Below are positions 28,342 through 38,825 of a stretch of DNA of 64,000 nucleotides, piece after piece (position 1 is the first letter of the stretch; each line of letters starts with the position of its first letter). The notes beneath the pieces are model-generated. The model was not told the DNA's origin. It searched no databases and saw nothing but the letters and a program-made list of their open reading frames with translations. Position numbers and translations under genes: made by a program. This DNA comes from Spirochaetales bacterium. Lineage in GTDB: Bacteria > Spirochaetota > Spirochaetia > SZUA-6 > DRHE01. The DNA is taken from the NCBI GenBank assembly GCA_030615505.1, contig JAUWZD010000008.1, forward strand, positions 104-64,103. The letters run 5' to 3'.

Positions 28342-30069
28342 TTAATGTTCAAGATAATCTTTAAGTCTTCGGCTGCGTTGGGGATGTCGCAGCCTGCGCA
28401 GGGCTTTAGCCTCAATCTGCCGGATGCGCTCTCTGGTTACATTGAAATAGAGCCCTACCTCCTCCAGGGTCAGGGAATAGCCATCTTCCAGACCGAACCT
28501 CATCTTAAGGACTTCCTGCTCTCTTGGCGGCAGGGTGTAAAGCACATCCTCAAGCTGCTCCTGCAGCAGCTTGAATGCTGTCTGGCTGGCCGGATTTTCT
28601 ACGTCCTTGTCCTCTATAAAATCTCCCAGCAGTGAATCGTCCTCCTCACCGATGGGTGTTTCTAAAGAAATCGGTTCCCTGGCCACACTCTTAACCGATT
28701 TCACCCGCTGAGTCGTCCAGCCAAGCCTTTCAGCTATCTCTGCATCTGTGGGTTCCCTGCCCAGAACCTGCATGAGCTGTCTCGATTCCCGCACCACCTT
28801 GTTGATCTGTTCTATCATGTGCACCGGGACACGGATTGTCCGCGCCTGGTCCGAAATGGATCGGGTAATTGCCTGTCTGATCCACCAGGTCGCATAGGTT
28901 GAGAATTTATAGCCCTTACGGTACTCAAACTTTTCCACCGCTTTAATCAGGCCTATGTTCCCCTCCTGAACAAGATCAAAAAAGTGCAGTCCACGGTTTG
29001 TGTATTTCTTGGCAATACTGACCACCAGCCTGAGATTCGCTTTGATCAGCCTGTCTTTAGCGCTCTTCATCATGATGCGGCCGTGTTCAATTTCTTTAGC
29101 CATTTTAAGAATTTTATGAATTGTGTTGTGAAACTCATTCTCAAGTTTCATCAACTTCTTATCGTTAATCTGTATCTGCCGGATAAGTTCCTTGATTCGG
29201 TCGGCAGGCATTCCAAGATCCTGCTCGATCCTGTCCCTGTCGGATTTTAAAGCCAGGCTCCGGCCAAGACTGCGGAGCTCTTTATGATTGCTAATATTAA
29301 GGCGCTTTTTTATCTTCTGTCTCTCTCTTAAGATTTTCTTTATGCGGCTTGCCACCATGGCAAACTTCTCAGAGAACATATTGATCTCATCCTGGTGAAG
29401 ATCAATTTTCGAAAGCCGCTTGATAAGCTCAGTTTCCTTTGCGCTGAGAACCTCATTCTTTAAGATACTTTCCCCCCGTCTTTCCACCTCCTTCTTTAAT
29501 TCCATAAACTGCTTCATCTGGAAAAAATGAAAACTCAAGGGTTCCCGGTATAGTTGATTAATTCTTCTCCTCTCTGCCAGAACCTCAGAAATCTCTTTCT
29601 TGGAGAGGTTCAGCTCCTTGGGATCCAGTTTTAAGCTGGTACGTTGAGCAAGCTTGTAAAGCTCAGGAATCAGGAAACCTGCATGCTTGATGACTTTTTG
29701 GATGATACTCTCTCCATCCTCCATTTTTTTGGAAAGAATCACTTCCTGTTCCCCAGTCAGCAGATTTTCTTTGCCTATTTCCCTTAGATACAGACGAATA
29801 GGATCATCGACAGCCGTTTCCTTTTCATCATAAACCATTTTCCTTTTGCCCGGAGCAGGCTTTTCATCAACTTCAATGTCTAAATTGATTTCTTCATCCT
29901 CAAGCTTGATGTTATTCTTCTCTAAAATGGCCATAACTTCCTCGATCCGGTCCGAGTTCACGATATCATCGGGCAGGAAGTCATTGACCTCATCATAGGT
30001 TATTGTTTTTTTCTTTTTTGAGTACTCTATTAATTTAATAATGGCAGGATCATTCTTCAGATCTGTCAT
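28342..30069 (-). CDS. rpoD: Primary sigma factor RpoD
   Basis: [49 protein letters not shown]. Confidence 0.97.
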   Translation of the reverse strand: MTDLKNDPAIIKLIEYSKKKKTITYDEVNDFLPDDIVNSDRIEEVMAILEKNNIKLEDEEINLDIEVDEKPAPGKRKMVYDEKETAVDDPIRLYLREIGKENLLTGEQEVILSKKMEDGESIIQKVIKHAGFLIPELYKLAQRTSLKLDPKELNLSKKEISEVLAERRRINQLYREPLSFHFFQMKQFMELKKEVERRGESILKNEVLSAKETELIKRLSKIDLHQDEINMFSEKFAMVASRIKKILRERQKIKKRLNISNHKELRSLGRSLALKSDRDRIEQDLGMPADRIKELIRQIQINDKKLMKLENEFHNTIHKILKMAKEIEHGRIMMKSAKDRLIKANLRLVVSIAKKYTNRGLHFFDLVQEGNIGLIKAVEKFEYRKGYKFSTYATWWIRQAITRSISDQARTIRVPVHMIEQINKVVRESRQLMQVLGREPTDAEIAERLGWTTQRVKSVKSVAREPISLETPIGEEDDSLLGDFIEDKDVENPASQTAFKLLQEQLEDVLYTLPPREQEVLKMRFGLEDGYSLTLEEVGLYFNVTRERIRQIEAKALRRLRHPQRSRRLKDYLEH

Positions 30070-31834
30070 TCAGCATCACCTTCAATTTTTGTAGTTCTTC
30101 ATCTAAGAATATTTTTTCCGCCAGAAGCTCTTTGAGTTCTTCAGGCCGGCTCCCGGCTCTTTTAGTGATTAAAGATGCAACACAGCTTCTTTTAGTCTCT
30201 AAACTGCGCTGCTTAATTCGACTTATCCCATCCCGGATCAACCTATCCTGATTAATATTGAACTCCTCAGACGATATTTTTCTTAAAAGTAATTCCTTCA
30301 AGCCGGGATCTTCAATGTGCTCAAGCAGGGATTCCAGGCTGTTTTCCTCATTTCGAAAGCACTCCTCCAGCGCAATGTATAATTCTTTTGCCCTACTATC
30401 CTCGATATCATCTTCAATAATAGTATTCCTCAACCATGAAAAATAGTCACGATTCACAGAAATGGCAAGCATTAGAAAAAGGTCGGAGGAAATTCCAATT
30501 TCCTCCTCCTGTCCTGCTTTATACTTCTTAGTTCTGTTGAACCCCCTTAAAAAATCACTTCGTACTGACTCAAAGTCTACCCCAAGTCTCTCTGCCAGAA
30601 TACGGAGGTAGCCGTCTCTTTTTACCTGAGAATCTATACTTGCCAGATAGGAATCGAGAAGTTTGAATATTCCTTCTTTTCCATCCGGAGTTTGTGAATC
30701 ATATTTCAAAAATGCTCTATTCAATAGAAACTGAAAACTATTTATAGGACATTTTAACTTTTTTTTCAATGTCTCCGCACCATCTTTTTCAATAATCGCA
30801 GCAGGATCCTCGCCTTCAGGGAGATCTACAACATTAACGGAAATCCCCTGCTTCTCACAGAGCCCAGCCGCCTTGAATGTAGCCTGTATCCCCGCCTCAT
30901 CTCCATCAAAGATCAGCACCCCCCTCTGGGCATACCGCTTTAAGAGCCTTACCTGGCCGGCCGTTAAAGAGGTACCTAATGGGGCAACACAGTTATCGAT
31001 CTGATCTGAAGCCTGGCATAAAGCCAGTACATCCATATACCCCTCCACAATGATAAACTCATCCTTGTTTCGAATATTCTTGAATACATCCGGCGGGCCG
31101 AAGAAATTCTCACCCTTCCTGAAGAATGGAGTTTCAGGGGAATTAATATACTTCGGAACTTCTCTGTCCTCACTAAGAGCCCGACCGCCAAATCCTATCA
31201 CCTCTTCACGGTTGTTACGTATTGGAAAAATAATCCTATCCCTGAATAGCGAATTTAAAACCCCGCTCCTGCTGGAGAACAGGCCTGAATCTCTAAGGAA
31301 CTCTTCTGAATAATTCTTCTCCTTTAAGAACATAAACAGCCACTCTCTCTCCGGCCGGGCATATCCAACCTGAAATATCTTTAAGCTATCCTGGCTTACA
31401 TACCGGGACATAAGATACGCCCGTGCCTGAGCGGCGATCTTATGATTCAGCAGGATATGGTGAAAGCTCCCCGCAACACGCCTGTAAAGCTCTAAATAGG
31501 CCTCTCTCTGACTGGCGCCGTATTGAGCAGCCTGTTGATCCAGAAAGGAAAGGTCTACACCGGCCTTCTCAGCCAGAAACCGTACAGCCTCTGTAAAGGA
31601 GAGCTTTTCCGATTCCATTATGAACGTATAGATACTGCCGCCCTTGTGACAGCCGAAACAGTAATAAACCCCCTTATCCGGGGTCACGGTGAAAGATGGT
31701 GTCTTCTCCTCATGGAATGGGCACAATCCCCAGTAACGTCCCCCCTTTTTCTGAAGATGGACATACTCAGAGACTACTTCAATCATATCGAGTCGATCGG
31801 CTACTTCGGAAATGACATGATCCGGTATTCTCAT
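30050..31834 (-). CDS. dnaG: DNA primase
   Basis: CPFH..KTPSF..CFGC zinc finger, [22 protein letters not shown]. Confidence 0.97.
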   Translation of the reverse strand: MRIPDHVISEVADRLDMIEVVSEYVHLQKKGGRYWGLCPFHEEKTPSFTVTPDKGVYYCFGCHKGGSIYTFIMESEKLSFTEAVRFLAEKAGVDLSFLDQQAAQYGASQREAYLELYRRVAGSFHHILLNHKIAAQARAYLMSRYVSQDSLKIFQVGYARPEREWLFMFLKEKNYSEEFLRDSGLFSSRSGVLNSLFRDRIIFPIRNNREEVIGFGGRALSEDREVPKYINSPETPFFRKGENFFGPPDVFKNIRNKDEFIIVEGYMDVLALCQASDQIDNCVAPLGTSLTAGQVRLLKRYAQRGVLIFDGDEAGIQATFKAAGLCEKQGISVNVVDLPEGEDPAAIIEKDGAETLKKKLKCPINSFQFLLNRAFLKYDSQTPDGKEGIFKLLDSYLASIDSQVKRDGYLRILAERLGVDFESVRSDFLRGFNRTKKYKAGQEEEIGISSDLFLMLAISVNRDYFSWLRNTIIEDDIEDSRAKELYIALEECFRNEENSLESLLEHIEDPGLKELLLRKISSEEFNINQDRLIRDGISRIKQRSLETKRSCVASLITKRAGSRPEELKELLAEKIFLDEELQKLKVMLNDRSEE

Positions 31835-31848
31835 TGCTTAAGAATGGC

Positions 31849-32892
31849 TCAACCCCCAACTCCGACCCGTTTCAGATAGTAGTATTTAGCCCAGTTATGT
31901 TCCTGGAGGTTCGCAGAGAAGTAATGCTCGCCCGTGGCAGGGTTTTTCAAAAGGAAATACCAGTAATCTGTTTCCGGGGGATGAAAAGCAGCGTTCAAAG
32001 CCACTAATCCCGGATTGGATATAGGCCCGGGCGGCAGACCGGCCCATTTATACGTGTTGTAAGGCGAACCATTTTCTTTATCTTCCAGGGTTAAATATTC
32101 AGGATGTGGTTTCTCTTCTATCTCAGTTACAATGTACTGAAGAGTGGCGCAGGATTCAAGTCCGATATTGCGCTTCAAACGGTTATAAAATACAGAAGCA
32201 ATAAGTGGCGCTTCCTCAGGCCTGCGGTACTCCCTTTCTACAATAGAGGCCATAATGACCTTTTGATGAAGGATCTGTTTATCCAATTGGGTATATTCCG
32301 GGGCTATTGTCTTAAGGCGCTCAAAGAAGTTAATAACCATCTGTTCCAGCACTGCATAGGCCGGATAACCCTCAGGGAAATAATAGGTATCCGGAAACAG
32401 ATAACCCTCCATGGTATCAGCAGGGATTCCGTATTCACTTAAGAGGGCTTCCGATCCGGCCGCAGTCAATACTTCGCTTTTGGTGGCTATACCCTTTTTC
32501 CCCAAATGCTCCGCCACTTTACTCAGTGTCCAACCCTCTGGAAATGTAATTCTTACCTGCTCCTGATAACCGGCTATGAGTAAGTTGTGAATGTCTACGG
32601 TTGTACTGCCGGGCATTATGCGGAAATAGCCGCTCTTGAAGTAGGTCTCGGAGTGATTAAAGCGGCTCAAAATTTTGAGGAACAGGGATGAACGGATTAA
32701 TTGATCATGCTCAAGCCTACCGGCAATCGAATTAAGCGATTCTCCCTTTATGATCTTAAATACCCTTCCCACATCCGGCACTGACGGTGAAGGCGTATTC
32801 AAGTAATATAGAAATGCAGCCGTACCCAGACCGAAGAAAAAGATAAGGAAAAATATGGTAATGATAATATTCGAAATTGATACTCGCTTCAT
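31849..32892 (-). CDS. mltG: Endolytic transglycosylase MltG
   Basis: EGYLFPDTY, ASIVERE, SPYNTY...GLPPGPISNPG. Confidence 0.95.
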   Translation of the reverse strand: MKRVSISNIIITIFFLIFFFGLGTAAFLYYLNTPSPSVPDVGRVFKIIKGESLNSIAGRLEHDQLIRSSLFLKILSRFNHSETYFKSGYFRIMPGSTTVDIHNLLIAGYQEQVRITFPEGWTLSKVAEHLGKKGIATKSEVLTAAGSEALLSEYGIPADTMEGYLFPDTYYFPEGYPAYAVLEQMVINFFERLKTIAPEYTQLDKQILHQKVIMASIVEREYRRPEEAPLIASVFYNRLKRNIGLESCATLQYIVTEIEEKPHPEYLTLEDKENGSPYNTYKWAGLPPGPISNPGLVALNAAFHPPETDYWYFLLKNPATGEHYFSANLQEHNWAKYYYLKRVGVGG

Positions 32893-35800
32893 TTCTTAAT
32901 CAATATAAACTCAACCCTGCGGTTCTTCCATCTGTTTTCTAGATCCCTGAAGGGCACAATCGGATGCTTTCCTCCCAGACCTGCTGTAGATATCCTGGAT
33001 GCCTGCAATCCCAGTTCCACTAAAGCCGTCTTTACCGCTTCAGCCCTGGCGTTGGATAGAGGCCCCAGTTCCTTTATCTCTTCCTCAGCCGCCTTTACCG
33101 GGTCCGCCCAGGATAGATTATTGGCATGACCCTCGATCCGTATCCTGTATTTGCTGTATTTTGTAAAAATCTCGGCCAGGCGCTTTATCGTTCTGTTATT
33201 TCTGTCGATCTTCTCCCCATCCTCAACAGCGGAGAGATCCGCTGAATTTGGCGGAAATGTTATACTGGATATTCTCACTTTAAGCTTATCCCCCTCCCGG
33301 ATAACCAGAACATCCACCGGAATAATTCTTTCTAAATCGGTCGAATTTCCTAAAGTATCGTTTATGCGGAAAAATACCCTGTAATCCTGAGCCGCCTGAA
33401 CCAGCTCGCCGCTGTCCGAAAGACCATCCCATATAATGCGGTCCGTGGGATTTCCCCTGCCGCTGAAAGTTGTGAACAAATGGCCCACCGGATCGTTTAT
33501 TTCCATTGCCCAGCCTGCGATCGGACTCAGATCCTCCACCCCAATACCAATATTGAGCTCATCATCAACACCGTCGTTGTCCGGAGAAAACGGCCTGGGA
33601 GTCAGTGTAAAATCCACCATGGGCGGCGAGATGTCCAACCGGAAGGGAGCAGTCTTTTCCTCGGGCCTGTTTCCCTTGTTATACTCAACTGTGAACAGGG
33701 CCTGATAGAATCCTTCCGGAGCCGCTCCATAGTCTCCTCTGCCGTCCCAGCTTATATTGGAAGGAATCTTGCCTACTCCGCTGAATCTCTTCTTCACACC
33801 CTGCTTGGAATGGATGAGATCCAGATGCCAGGATTTGATTCCATCTGTCATTTCCACATAGGTATTAAACTCAATTTTATCCAGGAAACCGTCATAATTC
33901 GGTGAAAACCCGTCTGCAGAGACCGTAATAAATAAGGGAGTGAGGCGGGTATCGATCTCCAATCCCCTGATCTCTTTAGACACACTGTTGCCTGCAGGGT
34001 CGATGCATCTGACCCTGTAGCTGTACAGGCCGTCGGCAATTTTATTGCCGTTTTCATCCTTTCCATCCCATTTGAAAGTGGAGGCCTGTCCCTTCCAGTA
34101 AAAGCTGCGCACCTCCTCTTCTCGGCTGTCGCGAATCTCCGCCTCCCATAGATTTTCCCGGCTTGAGCTCTGCCGAATCGTTACTTCATCACGCAGTCCG
34201 TCTCCATCCGGTGAAAAGAGGGTAAAATCCACAGAAATCTCAATTGTGGGCTCTTTAGTATCCATAATGAAGGAAGGCGTGCGCACCTCATGATGATCCC
34301 CTTTAAGATAATCCAGCTCCAGCTCCGCTACATATTCCCCATCGGGAAGGCGGCGGCCATTATCATCAAGACCGTCCCAGGCCAAAGTATCAGGAGCCCG
34401 GTTCTGCCCCCGGACATTCTTTACAACCTGCTTCGATTGATCGAGGATGCGCAGGTGGAAGGATTCTACCCCGGAAGTGACTTTTAAAGTGGAAATGAGC
34501 TTTATGCGATCTTTTACACCATCCGCATTCGGGGAAAAATAGCCTGAATCCGTTGAAATAAAAACTTCAGTCTCCTCAGTATTCACCTCAAATTGGATCT
34601 TCTTGGATTCCCCGAAATTTCCCGCCTTATCCGTGGCTCTCAGAAAATAGGAATATATTCCATCCGGCATGAGCCGGCCGTCATCAGAACGGCCTTCCCA
34701 TACCATTTTCGAGTCCACCCTGCCCCGCCAGGAAAAACTTCTTACAGTCTGTCCGAAAGCATTTGTCAGAATTCCCTCCCATTCGGGTTCCACTGAACTT
34801 TCCTGATAGATGGTTACCGTATCTTTTATACCGTCTCCATTTGGAGAAAAAACGGCCAAATCCGAGCTTAAAACGGCAGATGGCGGTGTGAGATCGATAG
34901 TAAAGGAGGGAGAAAGAGCATTAGGATTATTACCGTTAACATAGAGCACTTCCAGCTCTGCATCGTATGTTCCTTCAGGCAGTTTCTTTCCCTCATTATC
35001 CGTTCCATCGAAGTCCAGGGCCTTAAAAATAGACTCAGTTCCCTTGAAGATTCTTCTGATTGTCCCCTGTTCATCACTTATGCTTAAGCTCCACTTTTCA
35101 ATTCCCGAAGTTACCGGCACATCAAGTGTGAATATTAGGGTGTCTTTTACCTGATCTCCGTTAGGCGAGAAAAAAGACTCACTGATATTGATATTGATGG
35201 GCGTTGCCTGGGTACTGATTATTATATTATCAATCTGAGCTGATCCTGTATTTCCGGCCCGGTCTGTAGAAGTGATCCGATAATTGTAAACCCCATCGGG
35301 AGATAGGATCTCTCCTGAGTTCCTGCCATCCCAATCGAAGTTCTGAGGATCACTGTTTTTCCACTTAAGGCTCACTATCTCTTCCCCGTCCACGTTCTGA
35401 ACCGTGCCATGCCAGAGGATTTCTTCGGAACCCTTCTGCTCAACAGGCAGTACGTCCTTGTTCCCATCGTCATTGGGAGAGAAAATCAGATAGGGGGTGT
35501 TCAGCTCAACCGAAGGCGGAGTATTATCCACTATCACGCTTCCGGTGTCGCTTTTGCCCAGGTTGCCGTTATCATCCCAGGCTTCCACCTGAAATGTATA
35601 ATTCCCATCCGGTGCTACACTCCCTTTATCCGTACGACCATCCCATCGAAGCTGTTCCGGAATAGTTATTCCTTTTTTAACATAGAGAAGCCGATCTACA
35701 ATATTTTTTACCGTAACATTCTCCGGACGCTCATCCTTATTTACAATCTCCCGTACCTTCACACCCTGGCTGTCATATACAATGAAACGATAGCCCTTGA

Positions 35801-36866
35801 TAAAGCGCTCATCCGTTATCTGTACAGATTTATTCAGATCATCCTGAACCCCATCCAGATTGGGAGAGATATTCTCTGTAGCAGTGTCAATATTAATAAC
35901 CGGCGGATCTTTATCGACCACCCCTATATGTACATTCACTCCGGCACCAACTGCCCAGATATCGTTCTGCAGAGGTGCAGCAGAAACGCTGGTTTTAACC
36001 TCGCTTCGATCCTGGCGGATCGAGGTGGCGAACCTCAGAGCCAGACCAAAAGATACCGGAAGGTTCCTCGATGTTTCTTTCAGGAACTCATGAGCATCGA
36101 AGAAAGCCCCGGCCTGGACAAATAGAAAATCCTTAAAGGTCAGTTCGGTTCCTAAGGAGGCCTGGAGATTCTGGAAACCCGGAAAAATCAGGTCTGCGGT
36201 GAACGCCAGGTCAAAAGCCTTTGAATCTATCAGTCCGAAATAGGCTCCGATGGATGGAGTAAAGGGCGCCGGGTAGGCGGTCCTTCCTTCAACCGGGGCA
36301 AAACCCTTGCCCAGACCCTTAATGGCTACGCCCCAGCGGAAGTCTTTAAAGAATCCCAGTTCTCCGGGCAGATGAACAAACCCAAGATCCAGTCCCAAAC
36401 CCCAATCACTACCGAACATGGCACCTAAACCCGCGCCTACTAATAGCCTGGGAAATAGGTCTTTGGCAAAGGATACATTGAGTCCTCCGAAAGTACCCAG
36501 TTCCACACTGTCAAAGGGCGTAGAGACGAATCGGGCGCTGCTGCTGAATACACCGGCCCGGGTCGGCAGTGTTAAGCCTGTATTAATAACGTGGCCGAAT
36601 CCACTGTCCTCGTCCGAACCTACTAATCCGATGTAGCTTAAGTCCAGGGTTACCCGCTGTCTGGCCCCTGATGCGGCCGGATTCAGCACATCCCCGGCAG
36701 GGGACAGCGTGGATACAGTTTTTGAACCCCCGGCCAGAAAAGAGGGAGAGTACAGATCATAAAGACTGCTGATTCCCGGCGGAGGGTCATACTCCGAAAA
36801 AACGGGAAATATAATAAACAGAACAAGAAAGCTGATCAATCCTGAAATAACATACTTCTTTTTCAT
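32889..36866 (-). CDS. Large envelope protein: putative N-terminal beta-barrel, 8 FlgD-Ig/CHU_C-like repeats, C-terminal OmpA peptidoglycan-binding domain
   Basis: Signal peptide; LNPAA motif plus amphipathic strands; eight (F/I)SP(N/D).D...D / WDG repeats; IEGHAN, LS..RAEAV, NRRVEFIL. Confidence 0.85.
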   Translation of the reverse strand: MKKKYVISGLISFLVLFIIFPVFSEYDPPPGISSLYDLYSPSFLAGGSKTVSTLSPAGDVLNPAASGARQRVTLDLSYIGLVGSDEDSGFGHVINTGLTLPTRAGVFSSSARFVSTPFDSVELGTFGGLNVSFAKDLFPRLLVGAGLGAMFGSDWGLGLDLGFVHLPGELGFFKDFRWGVAIKGLGKGFAPVEGRTAYPAPFTPSIGAYFGLIDSKAFDLAFTADLIFPGFQNLQASLGTELTFKDFLFVQAGAFFDAHEFLKETSRNLPVSFGLALRFATSIRQDRSEVKTSVSAAPLQNDIWAVGAGVNVHIGVVDKDPPVINIDTATENISPNLDGVQDDLNKSVQITDERFIKGYRFIVYDSQGVKVREIVNKDERPENVTVKNIVDRLLYVKKGITIPEQLRWDGRTDKGSVAPDGNYTFQVEAWDDNGNLGKSDTGSVIVDNTPPSVELNTPYLIFSPNDDGNKDVLPVEQKGSEEILWHGTVQNVDGEEIVSLKWKNSDPQNFDWDGRNSGEILSPDGVYNYRITSTDRAGNTGSAQIDNIIISTQATPININISESFFSPNGDQVKDTLIFTLDVPVTSGIEKWSLSISDEQGTIRRIFKGTESIFKALDFDGTDNEGKKLPEGTYDAELEVLYVNGNNPNALSPSFTIDLTPPSAVLSSDLAVFSPNGDGIKDTVTIYQESSVEPEWEGILTNAFGQTVRSFSWRGRVDSKMVWEGRSDDGRLMPDGIYSYFLRATDKAGNFGESKKIQFEVNTEETEVFISTDSGYFSPNADGVKDRIKLISTLKVTSGVESFHLRILDQSKQVVKNVRGQNRAPDTLAWDGLDDNGRRLPDGEYVAELELDYLKGDHHEVRTPSFIMDTKEPTIEISVDFTLFSPDGDGLRDEVTIRQSSSRENLWEAEIRDSREEEVRSFYWKGQASTFKWDGKDENGNKIADGLYSYRVRCIDPAGNSVSKEIRGLEIDTRLTPLFITVSADGFSPNYDGFLDKIEFNTYVEMTDGIKSWHLDLIHSKQGVKKRFSGVGKIPSNISWDGRGDYGAAPEGFYQALFTVEYNKGNRPEEKTAPFRLDISPPMVDFTLTPRPFSPDNDGVDDELNIGIGVEDLSPIAGWAMEINDPVGHLFTTFSGRGNPTDRIIWDGLSDSGELVQAAQDYRVFFRINDTLGNSTDLERIIPVDVLVIREGDKLKVRISSITFPPNSADLSAVEDGEKIDRNNRTIKRLAEIFTKYSKYRIRIEGHANNLSWADPVKAAEEEIKELGPLSNARAEAVKTALVELGLQASRISTAGLGGKHPIVPFRDLENRWKNRRVEFILIKK

Positions 36867-36927
36867 TGTTTTCTTCCTTTTAAGCTAACGGATCTGTTTT
36901 CGTCATATCCATATAAATTTAGCCCTC

Positions 36928-37137
36928 TTACCGGCCAAATTCAATTCTTTTATTGTAAAGTTCATTCAAACCCTCAAATTTTTCGATTGATAACTCTTCA
37001 TACAGCCTCTTCTCAACACGAGAAAGCAATCGAAGCCGTATCGGGTCCAGTTTATCTTCATCTACTTTTAAAAGAAGATAAAGAGAAATCGTCTCCACCG
37101 GGTTGAGTGTGAAGGGATTCTTGGAATTAGAGTTCAA
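36928..37137 (-). CDS. Small hypothetical protein
   Basis: 69 aa, TTG start overlapping the MBL gene end, same strand as the operon. Confidence 0.55.
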   Translation of the reverse strand: MNSNSKNPFTLNPVETISLYLLLKVDEDKLDPIRLRLLSRVEKRLYEELSIEKFEGLNELYNKRIEFGR

Positions 37138-38071
37138 GCTCCAGTCCTTCTACAGCTAAAATCACCTTAAACTTCTTGTTCTCAATGCGAGCCCTATACC
37201 ATTCAGCGGAATTCAAAATCCCGTAAATTTTCCGATCATCGTAGAGCGGCTCATGATGGAATAAGGCCAGAGTCTTAATCCCCCATTCTGCCGCGAAATC
37301 TATGGCCATGCTGTATGAAGTATGCCCCCAGTCATACTTTTCGATAGCTTCACCCAGGGTATACTGAGAATCAAGAATCAACAGATCAGTACCTGCAAAA
37401 AACCGCCGGTTTCCCTCGGTTCTCTTGAAGTCAGCAGTAGTGATCTCAGAATCTGTGGCAAAGATCATACTTTTGTTATCTTCACTGATCTTGTAAGCCA
37501 CACACTTCCCGGGATGCTTCATCTCTTTCCATGCTATATGTGCCTTTCCAAGTTTCACCCCGCTGTTTTTAAGCCGCATAAAGCGCAGATCCGCATTAAA
37601 GACCTCCATTCCCACCGGGAAATAGGGGTGCTTCATCTGATTCCTTAGGACTTCTTCCAGATTTTCCCGGGGACTGTAGAAGAAGAGTGTATTTCCCTTT
37701 TTGTACACAATAGGAATAAAAAAGGGCAGACCCTGAAGATGATCCCAGTGAAAATGGGTAAAAAAGATATGAAACTCCCTGATTCCATCATTCTTCCTGG
37801 CCAGGGAAGCTCCCAGCTCCCGGATTCCTGACCCCGTATCAATAATAATCAGCCTATTCTCTGAGGTTCGTATCTCAATACAGGTTGTGTTTCCACCTAC
37901 TGTACCGAACAGATAGGGGGGAAGATCGGCTAAAAAAGCCTCTCTGGTTTCAGGGCTTTTAAGGTCACTTGCTTTTATGCGCATCACAATGGCCGCTATG
38001 CGGCTCTTGAGCTGTTCTGCAGTAATAGGAGTGGGAATTGAACCCCGGGTTCCCCAAAATTTTACTTTCAT
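37127..38071 (-). CDS. Metallo-beta-lactamase-fold hydrolase (phosphodiesterase/RNase Z-like)
   Basis: FWGTRGSIP, GGNTTC, THFHWDH, HPG, TDSE, DSQY, WGH, FHHEP. Confidence 0.9.
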   Translation of the reverse strand: MKVKFWGTRGSIPTPITAEQLKSRIAAIVMRIKASDLKSPETREAFLADLPPYLFGTVGGNTTCIEIRTSENRLIIIDTGSGIRELGASLARKNDGIREFHIFFTHFHWDHLQGLPFFIPIVYKKGNTLFFYSPRENLEEVLRNQMKHPYFPVGMEVFNADLRFMRLKNSGVKLGKAHIAWKEMKHPGKCVAYKISEDNKSMIFATDSEITTADFKRTEGNRRFFAGTDLLILDSQYTLGEAIEKYDWGHTSYSMAIDFAAEWGIKTLALFHHEPLYDDRKIYGILNSAEWYRARIENKKFKVILAVEGLELEL

Positions 38072-38523
38072 AGCAGCATTATATCCTCAGGCTCAGGGTA
38101 TTTGGCTCTATCAAGCATTTTAAGCCAATGCTCAATCCTTCTTTTGGAGTGCGGGCTCCCCTTGCCCATTCCCGGGCAGGAACTTTTAAGCTTGTTCCAG
38201 CCTTCCTGAGAGGCCAGATTTGAGCTCCAGAAGGGAAAACTGCGGCATTGGACCGGCCTCTGTTTGTATACGGTGCATCCTCCATTCTCCCAGAAGATAC
38301 AGTCACAGTTTCCCTTTTCTATAAGACTGATTTGCTTAATACCATTGATATTGACCTCACGGCAGTAGATTTCCATGAATTCCTCTCCGGACAGTCCCGT
38401 GGCTTTTAGGAGATTCTTCACATCCATTAAACTTAGCAATACAAATCCCGGAGTAAATCGGCAGCAGGCGGAACAGCGGGTACATTCAAAACGCAGTCCC
38501 TCTTTGTAGAAACAATCGGCCAT
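38068..38523 (-). CDS. YkgJ-family cysteine cluster (CxxCxxCC) protein
   Basis: FECTRCSACC, CIFW..GCTVY..RP.QCR.FPFW, CPG. Confidence 0.88.
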   Translation of the reverse strand: MADCFYKEGLRFECTRCSACCRFTPGFVLLSLMDVKNLLKATGLSGEEFMEIYCREVNINGIKQISLIEKGNCDCIFWENGGCTVYKQRPVQCRSFPFWSSNLASQEGWNKLKSSCPGMGKGSPHSKRRIEHWLKMLDRAKYPEPEDIMLL

Positions 38524-38547
38524 ATACTTTTTAATCCTTAAGCTAAT

Positions 38548-38576
38548 AAAAAAGCCTCCTCCGCTCGGAGAAGGCT
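38548..38576 (-). terminator. Intrinsic terminator after tRNA-Tyr
   Basis: AGCCTTCTCC-GAGC-GGAGGAGGCT hairpin followed by a T-run on the - strand. Confidence 0.75.
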
Positions 38577-38579
38577 CTT

Positions 38580-38661
38580 TGGGGAGAGAAGGATTCGAAC
38601 CTTCGAAGGCTGAGCCAACAGATTTACAGTCTGCCCCCTTTGGCCGCTCGGGAACCTCCCC
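38580..38661 (-). tRNA. tRNA-Tyr (GTA), CCA not encoded
   Basis: GGGGAGGTTCCCGAGCGGCCAAAGGGGGCAGACTGTAAATCTG...GGTTCGAATCCTTCTCTCCCCA; long variable arm. Confidence 0.96.
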
Positions 38662-38728
38662 ACATTGTGCTCGTGTCGTTCAGTAAGCAAAACCCTAACA
38701 ATAAGGTCCTATTTTGTCAAGGCACCCG

Positions 38729-38801
38729 AGCCACCTGCCCGATTCGAACGGGCGACCCCGAGATTACAAGTCACGTGCTCTACCAGCTGAGCTAAGGTGG
38801 C
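38729..38801 (-). tRNA. tRNA-Thr (TGT), CCA not encoded
   Basis: GCCACCTTAGCTCAGCTGGTAGAGCACGTGACTTGTAATCTCGGGGTCGCCCGTTCGAATCGGGCAGGTGGCT. Confidence 0.93.
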
Positions 38802-38825
38802 TTTAGATCAGGCAGCTTTAGATTA

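Noticed and set aside
33500..35900. FSPNGDG repeats as type IX secretion C-terminal signals
   Set aside because: They are internal, tandem and followed by an OmpA domain, and no T9SS genes are in the window; better read as structural Ig repeats
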